From the human T2T-CHM13v2.0 reference genome, Homo sapiens: 64,000 nucleotides of DNA. The position numbers and the translations under genes were made by a program. Positions 43,470-56,058 of this stretch are shown piece by piece; position 1 is the stretch's first letter; each line of letters begins with the position of its first letter. The notes below the pieces were generated by a model that ran no database searches, was not told the DNA's origin, and saw nothing but the letters and a program-made list of their open reading frames with translations. The stretch lies in NCBI RefSeq assembly GCF_009914755.1, contig NC_060938.1; one strand, written 5' to 3'.

Positions 43470-44700
43470 ATTCAGCAAATATTTATTAATGATTTACTGT
43501 ATACTCTGTGCTTGGGGAGTTGACCTAGGGAACTCAAAGGAGGCTCCTTTGAAGAATTGATGCTTGAGCTGAGATCTCAGGAATGAGTAGGAATTATCTA
43601 AGACATGAGAGAACAGCTGTTAAGGTAGGGAAAGTAGCATTTGTTTATATATTTGGAGGAAGGAAGTATGATGAGTACTAGGTACTGTAAGAAAACCCTT
43701 GTGGTTGGAGTAGAGAATGTAGGAGAAGGGACAGTATGAAGTGAGATGCGGCTAGAGAAGGTACGTAGGGGCTTGACTTCCCAGGGCCTTCATGTGAGCC
43801 ATATTAAGCAGTTATTTATCCACCTCCTACCCCCAGCAGTGGAAAGCCATTGAGAAACTTTTAGTACAGAAGTGATATGGTGAAATTTGTATTTTGAAAG
43901 ATTTACTTAGGCTGCAGTTTGGAGAATGAATTAGAGGGATGCCAGGATCCACGTGAAGAGACTAAAGACGCTAGTATTCTGCAGTGAGAATGATGGTAAC
44001 TTGAGACCAGGGCATTGGTAGAAAAAAGTGGACAGATTTGAGAATGCTTAGGAAGCATATAACCCATGGGATTTGATGATGGACTGATGGGAGATGAGGT
44101 AGAGAGAGGTATCAAAGATATCCTTAGTTTCTGTTTCTTTTTCTGAGTTGGGGTCTTGCTATATTGCCTAGGCTGGTCTTGAACTCCTGGATTCAAGCAA
44201 TCTTACCGCCCCAGCCTCCAAGCAGTTGGGACTACAAGTATGCAACACCGCACCCAGTGAATGTTCTTGGTTTGTATTCACCTTGGTGGGTGATGGTGCC
44301 ATTCACTGGTAAAAGCTGCAGATATGTGAGGGTGCTCAGGGAGGCAGCATAGAATGGGAAAAGGGCCTACATGTAACCCTTGAGGAATGCCAATGTTTAA
44401 TGGCTTGGGAGATGAAAATGAGCCTGCAAAGGAGACGACGGAAAAGCTTAGGGGTAGGAAGAAAGCTGGGAGTGTGTGTGTAGCATCTTGAAAGGCCAAT
44501 GGGAAGAGTGTTTCTGGAGGGAGTGTTATAGTTGAATGCTTCTGTGAGCAGTCAATTAGAGGAGGGCTAAAAATGTCCCTTAGATTAAGTGACTTGGAGG
44601 AACTTGATTTAGTAAAATGGCCAGACAGCCTTTTGGAGCATCAACATTTTTTTTAAGAAGTTTAACTGTAAAGAGAAGAGAGGCACATGGGTAGCTCGAG
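43470..44700 (-). mobile_element. L2 fragments with an embedded free Alu monomer (about 44137-44257, - strand)
   Basis: 'attcagcaaatatttatt', 'gagctgagatct', 'gggtgatggtgccattcactg' are antisense L2-like. FLAM-like 'gggtcttgctatattgcctaggctggtcttgaactcctgg'. Confidence 0.65.
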
Positions 44701-45779
44701 GGGAATAAGTCACATGAAAAGTTATTTTTAATGGGTAACATGGGTGACACTTGTGGCTTTAAAAGTCACACTCCAACTGAGAAATGTTGATAAAAAGGAG
44801 AAAAAGGAAAATAGTGTAACATTCCTGAAAAAACTGTCATTTAAGACTCCTTTGAAACATGGGCACCAAAGCTAGTCTAGTAGAGGATTTATTATCAGTG
44901 AGAGGACAGAGTCCTATTACAGCAGAAAAGTAGGAGGGGAGGGTTATGAAAGAATTCATTGAAATGGTTCACTCATTTATTGATCTTTTTTTTCTGTAGT
45001 ATCCAATCTGCCATTCATTGTCTCTATTGCAATTTTCAGTTCAGTAAATTGCTTCTCATTTCCATGAAACTATTTTCAGAGTACCTCTTTTTTAATTGAC
45101 AGTCTGCAATTGTTTTATTCATTCAATGTCATTTCATATCTTGGTTAGTTTCTAATTTTGAGCTAATGAATACTGAGTCTCCCTCTTTTCAACTTCTGAA
45201 TTAAAAAAAAAGTCATCTTATTTTTCTCTGTTCATTTTTACACTTTATTTAGCCTAAGTATCTGAAATTGGCTTTGCTAGAAATTACAATTAGTTCACTG
45301 TTGTTTTCTTTCAGTCCCAGACAAAAAAGAAAAATTTTAGATTTCTTTCTTTTCTCTTCTTCCTTTTTTTTTTTTTTAAGGTCATTTATCTTTGGCAGTT
45401 TTAGAGATTTAGAAAAGAAAATATATAGACTTGTAGGCAGAAGAAGATATGGCACTGAGGGAAGTTTTAGTTTTGTTCTGTGACAGTCTTCCTTATCTTG
45501 TATGTTGTCTTTAAAAAGCCTACACATTTAGATTTTCATTACCTCATTTGCAAGGATACAGGATAGCACATGTAGGAGAATTGGAGTGTAAGTCCAGAAA
45601 CCTAAGTCTTATTCTTAGCCTTACTGATGAACCAGCTTTGTAACCTTGGGCAAGTTATTCTGTTTCTCTGCACCTTCTCATTTGTAAAATAGGTTTACAC
45701 AAATCATTTCTGCATTTTGGCTCTGATTCATTATGCAAGTTATCAAAATCAAATTTGTAACTATAAATGAGTAATATTT

Positions 45780-46064
45780 TATTATTTTTATTTTTTTAGA
45801 GACAGAGTCTTACTCTATTGCCCAGGCTGGAGTGCAGTGGCACCATTATAGGTCACTGCAGCTTCAAATTCGTGGGCCCAAGCAGTCCTCCTTCCTCAGC
45901 CTCCTGAGTAGCTAGGACTACAGGCATGCACCACTATGCCCCGCTAATCATTTTTACAGAGTCACGCTATTTTGCCCAGGCTGGTCTTGAACTGCCCTCA
46001 AGTGGTCCTCCCACCTCAGTCTCCCAAAGCACTGGGATTACAGGCATGTGCCACCATGTGTGGC
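45780..46064 (-). mobile_element. AluJ
   Basis: Diverged antisense dimer. Confidence 0.88.
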
Positions 46065-49000
46065 TCTAATCATTTTTAAAGCAACAATCAGTGGGAAATT
46101 TCAGCTCCAAATGGGAGAAAAATTTCCAAAGATTAGCCTTTTTTTTTTTTTTTTTTTTACAGATTTGCTACAGTTTTGTTAATGTGCTTATTTCTCATTA
46201 CCATAGATAACTTTGAGATGGCTGCCTTGGATTACAAACTAGAATTTATTACTATTTCACATAGCTTGGGAAATTAAGTGTAGTTTGTGTAGCCTAAATT
46301 ATCCTTTATAGAGATGTAGCTGCAAGGGTTAGCATTTCTTCTTTGAACCCCAGGTATGCAGTATATTGCTTAATACTCTATTGTTCCATAAATATGCATT
46401 CCAGAAGTCAGCTGACCATTTGTCCTTATCTTTGAGGACAAAGCCCATACATATGTAAGCATTAGTGAGCAATGTAGAATATAAAGATTTGGTAGCAGTA
46501 GAGAGTTTACGCTCTACATCCCACTGCAAGTAATTTGAATATTGCCATATTATCCACTGTGACCTGTGCTGTTTGTTAACGTTCCTTTTCCCCACCTTCC
46601 CCGAGGAGCTTGTAGTCTCTCACTATATATTTTTTTCTCTTTGGATTTCCCTTCAGCCTTTAGATTTCTTATCTCTAATGCAAGTCTACTCTAGATTTTT
46701 CTCCCAAATGTTTAAAACCAAACCTATTATCTCAGTGGTCATCAAAGGTCCTCTAGTTACCAGTATCCACCCTTCTTGGAATGCCTGTTTAGCAATGTTC
46801 TTTTGTTATATGAGTAAGAATAACTCTGGTATTTGCTAAGAGAATATAATTTTCTCCACATTGTATGTATCTATGTCCTTTGTTTATAAAGCCTGGGGGG
46901 CGTTCCCTATTAGGTTAAGTGTCCCTACGTAAATAGAAAAATATGTAGGGTTTTATTACTCAACTTTTTAAGGTTTCTGCTCAAATTGTCAGTTGAATAA
47001 CTCTTGTTACTTTGGGGCTAACATGTTGCATAGGGATTTTAACAATAAAATATATAGAGCATTTTAAAAATTATTCACTATAATTCTGAGTGGATTAAAC
47101 CAAATGACCGGGTTCAAGACTCTACTATGAGTTCACCTTTGCTTAATAAAAGGCAAGACTGAACATTAATTAATGACTTCTTGGCCCAGCCTTAGAATTT
47201 TTCAGTTTAGGGATTAGTTTGGTTTTTAAAAGGTACAAAATGTTCATGAAATTTTCTGATTATATCAAATATTAATTCAGTCTTGTTTTTTGTCATAGTA
47301 CTTTGTTTTGAAAAGTTCAGATCAACTGATAATACTAGTGCTGTGATGAGACTCAGCTTGTACTCAAGAACAGATTTATGACTAGGTGAGAACTAAAATT
47401 TCTCTCAGAAACTAACTAAAAACTTTCATGGACAAATTGAATCCCCTTGGGATTTACTATTTATGGATATACGCCAATTTAATTATTGGACTAAATAAAA
47501 TACTCTTTATTAGTCCACTTATGGAAGATGACTGTGTAAACATAGTATTTGCAAGTAAGTACTTTTTGGTATTATATTTATATAATCAGCTCTTGTATCC
47601 ATGTAGCTTATAGTTGGCTGCTTCACCAGGACTCTACAAATTGCTCAGAACCCAAGGAGGTAAGATTTTTATATTGCCTGTTTTCAGTATGTAAAAGTCC
47701 AGCCACAAAACTATTAATTTACCCTTGACTATATTTTTACAGTTGCTGTGGAGCTGAACCTAAAATTTTGTTAGATGGTTACTTGGTTTGTTACATTTTT
47801 ATATACTAATTTATATACTATAATAATATACTGTATATATTTTTTAAAGTCTGGGGTTTGTTTTTAGAAAGTATATTCTATCTTCAAAGAATTATTTGGT
47901 AGTTTCATGTGTGTATCTGGAAAATAACTACTGTACTTCTTTATAAAAGTGAGAGTGAGGTCCCTGCTAGTTGAGGCTGGAATCTAGACGTGGCTGTTTA
48001 TGTAGGAGTTAGTAATTAAACAGTGCCTGTTTGCTGACTGCCTCATTTTTGCCAGGCTCTGTATGGGTGCCTTGCAAGGCATTGCCTCATTTAAACCTTG
48101 CAGCAGCATTCAGAGGAAAGTATTAATATGCCCACTGTACAGATGAGGAAGTTGAGGAATGCTTTATTAGTAGGTGTGAAGTGTCTTAAGCATAATACCT
48201 CCCTCCTCAACCTTGCTCCCTCATCCTAGTTAAGGGAATTGAGACACAGAGATAAGGCAATTTGCTATTGACCTTCAGCAGATGACTTAACCTCACCGTG
48301 GCTTAGTTTCTTCATGAGTAAAACAGGGTACCTATCTTTTAGGATTGGTGTGAAGATTAAAGAAGTTAATACATATACAAAACTTTAGAACAGTGCTTGG
48401 CTAGTAGTAATCTCTCCATAAATGTTAGATGTTATTATTAAGCCTGTGACTACCTGTTATCTCATGTAGTTGTTCAGAGATAAAAATGTAGGCTATAGGA
48501 AAGAATAAGGAGGAAAGCCAGGCTCCTAATCTGTCTAAGATAGAAGTGAATCTTAGTTAAGTTTTAAGATAATCCTATGTGCTTTTAAAAGATTTCATGG
48601 TTTGCGGTTTGCTTTTCTTTGGCTCCCAGTTTCTTTTTTTTTTTTTTTGACTTCTTAGTACAGGTAACTTTTGAAGGAATTCAGCTTACCTTAGATGAAC
48701 CAAAGGAAAGCTAAAAGCCGAGATAATTTAGAAAAACTAAAGCAGAGATTATGTTCCTAAATTCCCTCTTTCTGCTTCAAAGTCCAGGAAACACCACCTG
48801 CAGATACAGTTGTATCCCATTGTTAGACCCTTTCCTGAAGCCATCCTCTTTTCTTTGTCTTCCCAGAGAGAAACTAGTCATTCGACAAAGATTGAACTTC
48901 TTCTGTGTGTTAGGCTGTGCTCCAAGTGCTGGGAAGACACCAGTGAATAAAACAAAAAGTCCCTGCTCTCATGGAGTTTACAGCCACTATTCTAAAGTTT

Positions 49001-49307
49001 GTCTGTATTCTGCCTGTCCTTGTTTTTATACTTTTAGCAAATATGTGTATAGAATTGTTTTGCAGCCTTGTTCAGCATATTGTCTTCTTTTGTTTTTTAG
49101 GAATATCTGTTTATGTAATTAGATCTGTTTTTGATAAATTGTATTCTGTTATTTATCCTTCCTACCTTCTAATGAGCAGTTAGGTTATTTCCAACATTGA
49201 CTATTATGGTTCTCCAAAAAGATCATTGAATATGTCACCTTGGATGGATGGATGGGAGAGTTTCTTCAAGACAGCATGTTTCAGACTTTTTGTTGTGACC
49301 ACAGTAA

Positions 49308-49710
<403 letters not shown>

Positions 49711-50303
49711 TATTTTATCTTTTTCAAATGCAGTTTACACACAACCCAGCTGATTGGGTTGTGTGTAACCCATACTGATTAAACTGATTTATCACCCGTG
49801 TTCATTATTTTTAAAACGTTGTTTTGAGATCTATAATTAGAAGTGGAATTGCTGAGTAGTTGCTTAAGTGTATCTTCAACTTCTTCAACTAGCTGTTGCC
49901 AGTTGCAATTCAGAGTGGTTGAACCAATTTAAACTCCTATCGGCACTCTAGGGGAGTTCCTGTTTCTCCACATTCTGACCAACTCTTGATATTGCCAGAT
50001 GGATGAGAAATGGCATTTGTTTTAAATGTGCCTTCCCCTATTTACTAATGAAGTGTTTAAAGTGTCTTTTAAAATATATCACATAGAAGTTTAATTTAAT
50101 GGTAATCAGAGCTGGCGGCAAGGAGGAAATATTATTGTGATTGACTGCCTCCTCTGGCAGAAAAAATGGTGTAAAAATTATATAATAATATCTATATTAT
50201 ATTGAGTATTTATAATTTGCTAGACACTATACTTTGTGCACTGTATACATTATTTTATTTAATCGTCATAAGAATCTTGTAAGGTTAGTGCCTTCTTATA
50301 TAC

Positions 50304-50597
50304 TTTTTTTTTTGAGACGGAGTCTCGCTCTATCGCCCAGGCTGGAGTGCAGTGATGTGATCTCAGCTTGGCTCAGTGCAACCTCTGCCTCCAGGTTCAA
50401 GCCATTCTTCTGCCTCAGCCTCCCAAGTAGCCGGGATTACGGGCATGCGCCACCATGCCTGGCTAATTTTTGTATTTTTAGTAGAGACGGGGTTTCACCA
50501 TATTGGCCAGGCTGGTCTAGAACTCCTGACCTCATGATCCACCCACCTCGGCCTCCTAAAGTGCTGGGATTACAGGCGTGAGCCACCACACCTGGCT
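50304..50597 (-). mobile_element. AluS
   Basis: Antisense dimer; TSD tgccttcttatat. Confidence 0.95.
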
Positions 50598-51214
50598 GCC
50601 TTCTTATATGCTTATACAGGAACAGATGGAGAAAGAGATTCGGAAAGGTTCAGTAGTCACACTATTACTAAGTAGTAGAGCCAGAATTTAAACCCACATT
50701 GGTCTAATTTCATAACTTATTTTCTTTAGTACTTCATGCTATTGGTGAATTCGTAGAGGAAGGAAGTTTGTCATTACTATTCTTTTCTGTTGGTTTGTCT
50801 CTTAAATGTGTTTAATTTTTTGAGTTTCACTCACGTCTCTTTTTTTCTTTCCTTTTCTCAAGGTAGTGGAGTCTTTCCTCTGTAAAACTTCACCTTGTTG
50901 TTTCTAGTCTAGGATAGTGGTCTTGTAACCTAGGATAGTGGTCTTGGTTACTGCAATTTTGGTTGATTATTTCTTGTTGGCCCTTAATGTGCCCCCATCT
51001 TCTGCCTTAGGCATTCCATCTAATCTTTTCCAGCAGTTTGCAACCTTACTGTGCCTCAGAATCACATATGAAAATTTAAAAATCATAGATACCTAGGTTC
51101 CAACCCTACCCTGGAAATTCTGATTTGGAAATATTTATTTTTCAAAAAGTCCACAGATAATTCTGTTGCACAGCCATGGTAGAGACCCATTTTCTTAGGG
51201 GTTAATGATGCTTT

Positions 51215-51400
51215 AGAGTCACGCAGACTTGAATCAGAGCCCTGATTCCTTTAAACTTATTAGTTGAGTGATCTTGGCCAAGTTCTTTAATCTTGGCTAA
51301 GGTTCTTCATCTATAAATTGGAGATAATATTATTATCTACCTTAGAGAGTTGTTGAAGAGATTAAATGAAGTAATGCTTGTAAAACACTTACCAGAGGGA
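51215..51400 (+). mobile_element. MIR (one of many MIR fragments, e.g. near 5310, 11740, 14410, 26920, 34680, 48290, 54350)
   Basis: MIR core 'cttcatctataaattggagataata...gttgttgaagagattaaatga...taaaacactta'. Confidence 0.7.
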
Positions 51401-52997
51401 CTTAGAATACTTCTTAAACATTGCCTGCTAATAAGGTGTCATTATTACGTTATCCTTTATCCAATCAAAATACTCACCTTTGCAGTGTGTATCAACTTGA
51501 TGTCAGAAAAATAATCTGATAAATATCACCATAAGGGATGGATGATAGCTAGTTTTCATTACTTACCTTTCGTTAGTTGAACTGTACTAGGAGGCAGAGG
51601 AGTAGGCAGATGGTTTTATCACGCCAATCAGCCAGTCTTTTCTGCCTATGTATCAGTTTGGACCTATAAGGAAAATGAAGGGGAAAACAAATGTTTTTCT
51701 TTCCTTCCTAGGAGGATTTTCTTCTTGCCCTTTTTCTCCCAGTTTCCTCTCTGAGCTGAGTATCATTAGCATCATCAATACCCTAGTTTCAGAGCTGCGT
51801 AGTGATTTACCTAGATACTTTTCTCCACCATTATTCCCTACTACCTAACTCCTCTTCACCTCCATTAAATCTCTGTTCATCATGCTATCCTTCTTTTGGA
51901 TTGCCTTTAGTTCAGTTGTGACTTACTTGATTACTTGAACCCAGGTGTCTACATTTCTAAGCTATTGTTCAAGTAAGGGCCAAGGTAAATTCTAACCAGC
52001 TGTCTCTTTGCCTTGTGTGGGCCCATTCTAGACCAGCGGGTGTTAACTTTTGAGTATTGGAAAAGGATTAGATTAGCTGAGCCTTCAGGCTTGTCAGCAG
52101 GGCTGTCACTAGACCCTTTGATCTTCTTTATATACCTAATGGTCATAGAGTATAATAATAATGGTACATGTTATTACTATATGATTAATAGATTACTAGT
52201 AGTAATTTTGTTATATATGTATACAGTACACTTCGTTATGTATATATATAATTGCTTGCAACTTGAAATTTGAGGCTACAACATTTACAGTAATTTAATA
52301 ACTTAACTGACTTTATCAAAAACTGAAAAACCTCATGGAAAAGGTAGAATGTAAGGTAGACTTAAAAGGATAGGTATACTTTTTTCTATAAATAGGATGA
52401 GGCAAGAGTTTCCAATTAAGGAAACTGACATGAGCAAAGGCTTGAAGGAGCATGCAAATTTGGAGCATTGTGAGTAGATTATTTTTTAGTTTTTCAGAGT
52501 TCATGCAGTGGGAATAAAACTAGGGAGTTTGGAATCAAGCTTGAAAATTCCTGAATGTTCAACCAAGATATATTTGAGTTAGTAGATTTTTTGGGTATGT
52601 CATGAATTCGTTTGGCTTTTCTTAATTGATATACATACAACTTAGTCCTGAGCTTACACATGTTCATTGTATCATTAAACATTTAGCCTGGTTGGTTTAA
52701 GTTGATGGCCACTGCCAGGTCTCCTTTCTGCCTTCTCCCCTTTATCCCAATGCTTTAGTTTTTTTCTGCCTTTTTGTCTGTTGTGATCTGTGCTTCATCA
52801 GGCTTTCCCCCAGTTCCTCCTTGTTAATCTCCAGATTCCAAGTCAGCAACACAATGAATGTCTGCTTATCGCGAGTTGTGAATTCCCGCATATCTCTTTC
52901 ACTTATTAAAAAGATTGTTTGGTACATATTTTGTTTATAAGACAGTTATTGACTTTCCTGTTTCTCTTCCTTTGCAGACCTAGAGGATCAAGACATA

Positions 52998-53831
52998 ATG
53001 GGAGCATTTTTAGACAAGCCAAAGATGGAAAAGCATAATGCCCAGGGGCAGGGTAATGGGTTGCGATATGGGCTAAGCAGCATGCAAGGCTGGCGTGTTG
53101 AAATGGAGGATGCACATACGGCTGTGATCGGTTTGCCAAGTGGACTTGAATCGTGGTCATTCTTTGCTGTGTATGATGGGCATGCTGGTTCTCAGGTTGC
53201 CAAATACTGCTGTGAGCATTTGTTAGATCACATCACCAATAACCAGGATTTTAAAGGGTCTGCAGGAGCACCTTCTGTGGAAAATGTAAAGAATGGAATC
53301 AGAACAGGTTTTCTGGAGATTGATGAACACATGAGAGTTATGTCAGAGAAGAAACATGGTGCAGATAGAAGTGGGTCAACAGCTGTAGGTGTCTTAATTT
53401 CTCCCCAACATACTTATTTCATTAACTGTGGAGACTCAAGAGGTTTACTTTGTAGGAACAGGAAAGTTCATTTCTTCACACAAGATCACAAACCAAGTAA
53501 TCCGCTGGAGAAAGAACGAATTCAGAATGCAGGTGGCTCTGTAATGATTCAGCGTGTGAATGGCTCTCTGGCTGTATCGAGGGCCCTTGGGGATTTTGAT
53601 TACAAATGTGTCCATGGAAAAGGTCCTACTGAGCAGCTTGTCTCACCAGAGCCTGAAGTCCATGATATTGAAAGATCTGAAGAAGATGATCAGTTCATTA
53701 TCCTTGCATGTGATGGTATCTGGGATGTTATGGGAAATGAAGAGCTCTGTGATTTTGTAAGATCCAGACTTGAAGTCACTGATGACCTTGAGAAAGTTTG
53801 CAATGAAGTAGTCGACACCTGTTTGTATAAG
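52998..53831 (+). CDS. PPM1A: PPM1A exon 2 coding part, residues 1-278 (exon begins at 52978)
   Basis: Acceptor ttcctttgcag|ACC at 52977/52978 and donor AAG|GTAGCT at 53831/53832. PP2C motifs: [50 protein letters not shown]-terminus [12 protein letters not shown] is characteristic of PPM1A. Confidence 0.99.
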
Positions 53832-54654
53832 GTAGCTAGACTTTTTTTAAAAACATAAAATGATTTTATGCCATATTAATCACTACTCTAGTATTTAATC
53901 ATCTTAGAATCTGTAATTCTGAAACCAGTTTTTGGCACAACTGTAGGATACTGTTCACCAATTATGAAAATATATCATAGGACCACTATGTAGAAATAAA
54001 TTACCCAATTACCATCTCTGCAAGAGTTATAAGCTGAATGTTTAGTCTTACTACTTGAGCTTTGTAATAATGTGGAAGATTATCAAAGGTAAAAAGATTT
54101 TATCAGAGTGCATGTTTTGAAAGAAAGAGGGTGGGGAGGGTTAGGCCTCAGTGTCTATAAATGAAAAGCATTTTAGAGTTTTAATATTTGACCATGTGAT
54201 ATCTCAGTACATTTATGATATCCTAATCCTTTGAAACTAAGGTTTAATGGTCTGTAGCACTTGAAAGAGGAATGTAGTGATCATTAGACGTGATGTAATA
54301 GAAATAGCCTTGTACATGGAGTCAGAAGAACTTGCTCTGAGACTGTGTATGGTTTTAGGTAAGCTATTTAAACTCTAATCAGTTTTTTTCATCATAAAAA
54401 GGATAAGACATTATTATCTTGTCTCATGGCGTTGTCAGGAGGATCAAATGGGATAATATACACAGGTGAGCTAGCTCAGCCCCTTTATTTTACAGATGAG
54501 GAAGCTGAAGCCAGAGAAGGTTCTACAAACTTAAGAGTCAGACAGACCTGAGACCAAGGCTTACCTCTATTAGTTTTGTACTCTACATTCCTGAACGAAT
54601 TGTTCAACCTCTCTCAGCTTTAAAATGGAGATAATAGTATCTTATAAGACTGTT

Positions 54655-55057
<403 letters not shown>

Positions 55058-55917
55058 CTACACCCTTTCCTACAGATATTATAAATGACGTGTACAGGGT
55101 TTTATACATTGCTAACAGCATTAAGACTAGAAAATCAAGGCCCTTGACTTGGGTTCAGTGTTCTTTCTGCCACACTCTGTTCTGTTTTGTCAATAATGCT
55201 TATTAACTTATTCTTTGATGTTTTTTTAAACAAATGTTGACTTTTTAAAATTCTTCTGAGGGTATATATTTGATACTCAAATATTTAATTATAGCATTTG
55301 AATACTTAGATGTCTTTAAAAATGAATGTAGTTCCTAAAAGTTGTCAGTTTTTAAAATTAATACAAGTTAAAAGCTGGTTTATAAACCTTAGGTAGTTTT
55401 ACCTCTTATTTCATATTTCTACTTATGAAGCGAATGTATTAGCCCCACAATTTATAATTTATTTTAAAGGTAATTTTATCAGGTACATATAACTACAGGT
55501 CAAATCCTATTGTAAACAATGCCACTAAAATTTTCTGTCATGTTGTATGGAAGGAGTGTGTGTACACATGTATATTTGTATTAGGTATCACTTCAAATTA
55601 AGTCACCAGTAAATGTTTAGAAATAGTATTGTTTTATAGAATTATAAAAAATTATTATTACAGTGAGATTAACCTGTAATGTTTCTCTCCTGTCTTTTGG
55701 AGTATTGGTTATACTGTATTCTCTCTATACTGTTCGGGGGAGGGGGAGTCATTGCACACACACACGCACGCATGCGTGCACATATGTATTTTTTTCTCCC
55801 TGAAAGTAACATTTTCACTAGAACAAGTATAACTGTAATTGGCACAGCTGTAAAGGTTCTCAAGGCTTTGAAGAGCAAAAAGAAAACTAAAATATTCTCA
55901 AATTTTTTTCTTCCCAG

Positions 55918-56035
55918 GGAAGTCGAGACAACATGAGTGTGATTTTGATCTGTTTTCCAAATGCACCCAAAGTATCGCCAGAAGCAGTGAAGAAGGAGGC
56001 AGAGTTGGACAAGTACCTGGAATGCAGAGTAGAAG
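55918..56035 (+). CDS. PPM1A: PPM1A exon 3 ([13 protein letters not shown]...LECRVE), carries metal ligand Asp282
   Basis: Acceptor ttttcttcccag|GGA, 118 nt, phase 0 to phase 1, donor AAG|GTGGAT. Confidence 0.97.
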
Positions 56036-56058
56036 GTGGATCATTTAACAAAAAATAA
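56036..56058 (+). CDS. PPM1A: Exon 3 extension giving the short 324-aa isoform ending GGSFNKK*
   Basis: Reading through the weak donor gives GGT GGA TCA TTT AAC AAA AAA TAA. 317+7=324 aa, consistent with the alpha-2 isoform as I recall it. Confidence 0.75.

Noticed and set aside
50909-50946. ctaggatagtggtcttg repeated with a 21-bp period
   Set aside because: Ordinary short slippage duplication with two copies only.
53832-53858. Last 8 residues (VARLFLKT) of the 286-aa ORF in the track
   Set aside because: Read-through into intron 2 past the AAG|GTAGCT donor; the real protein continues in exon 3.
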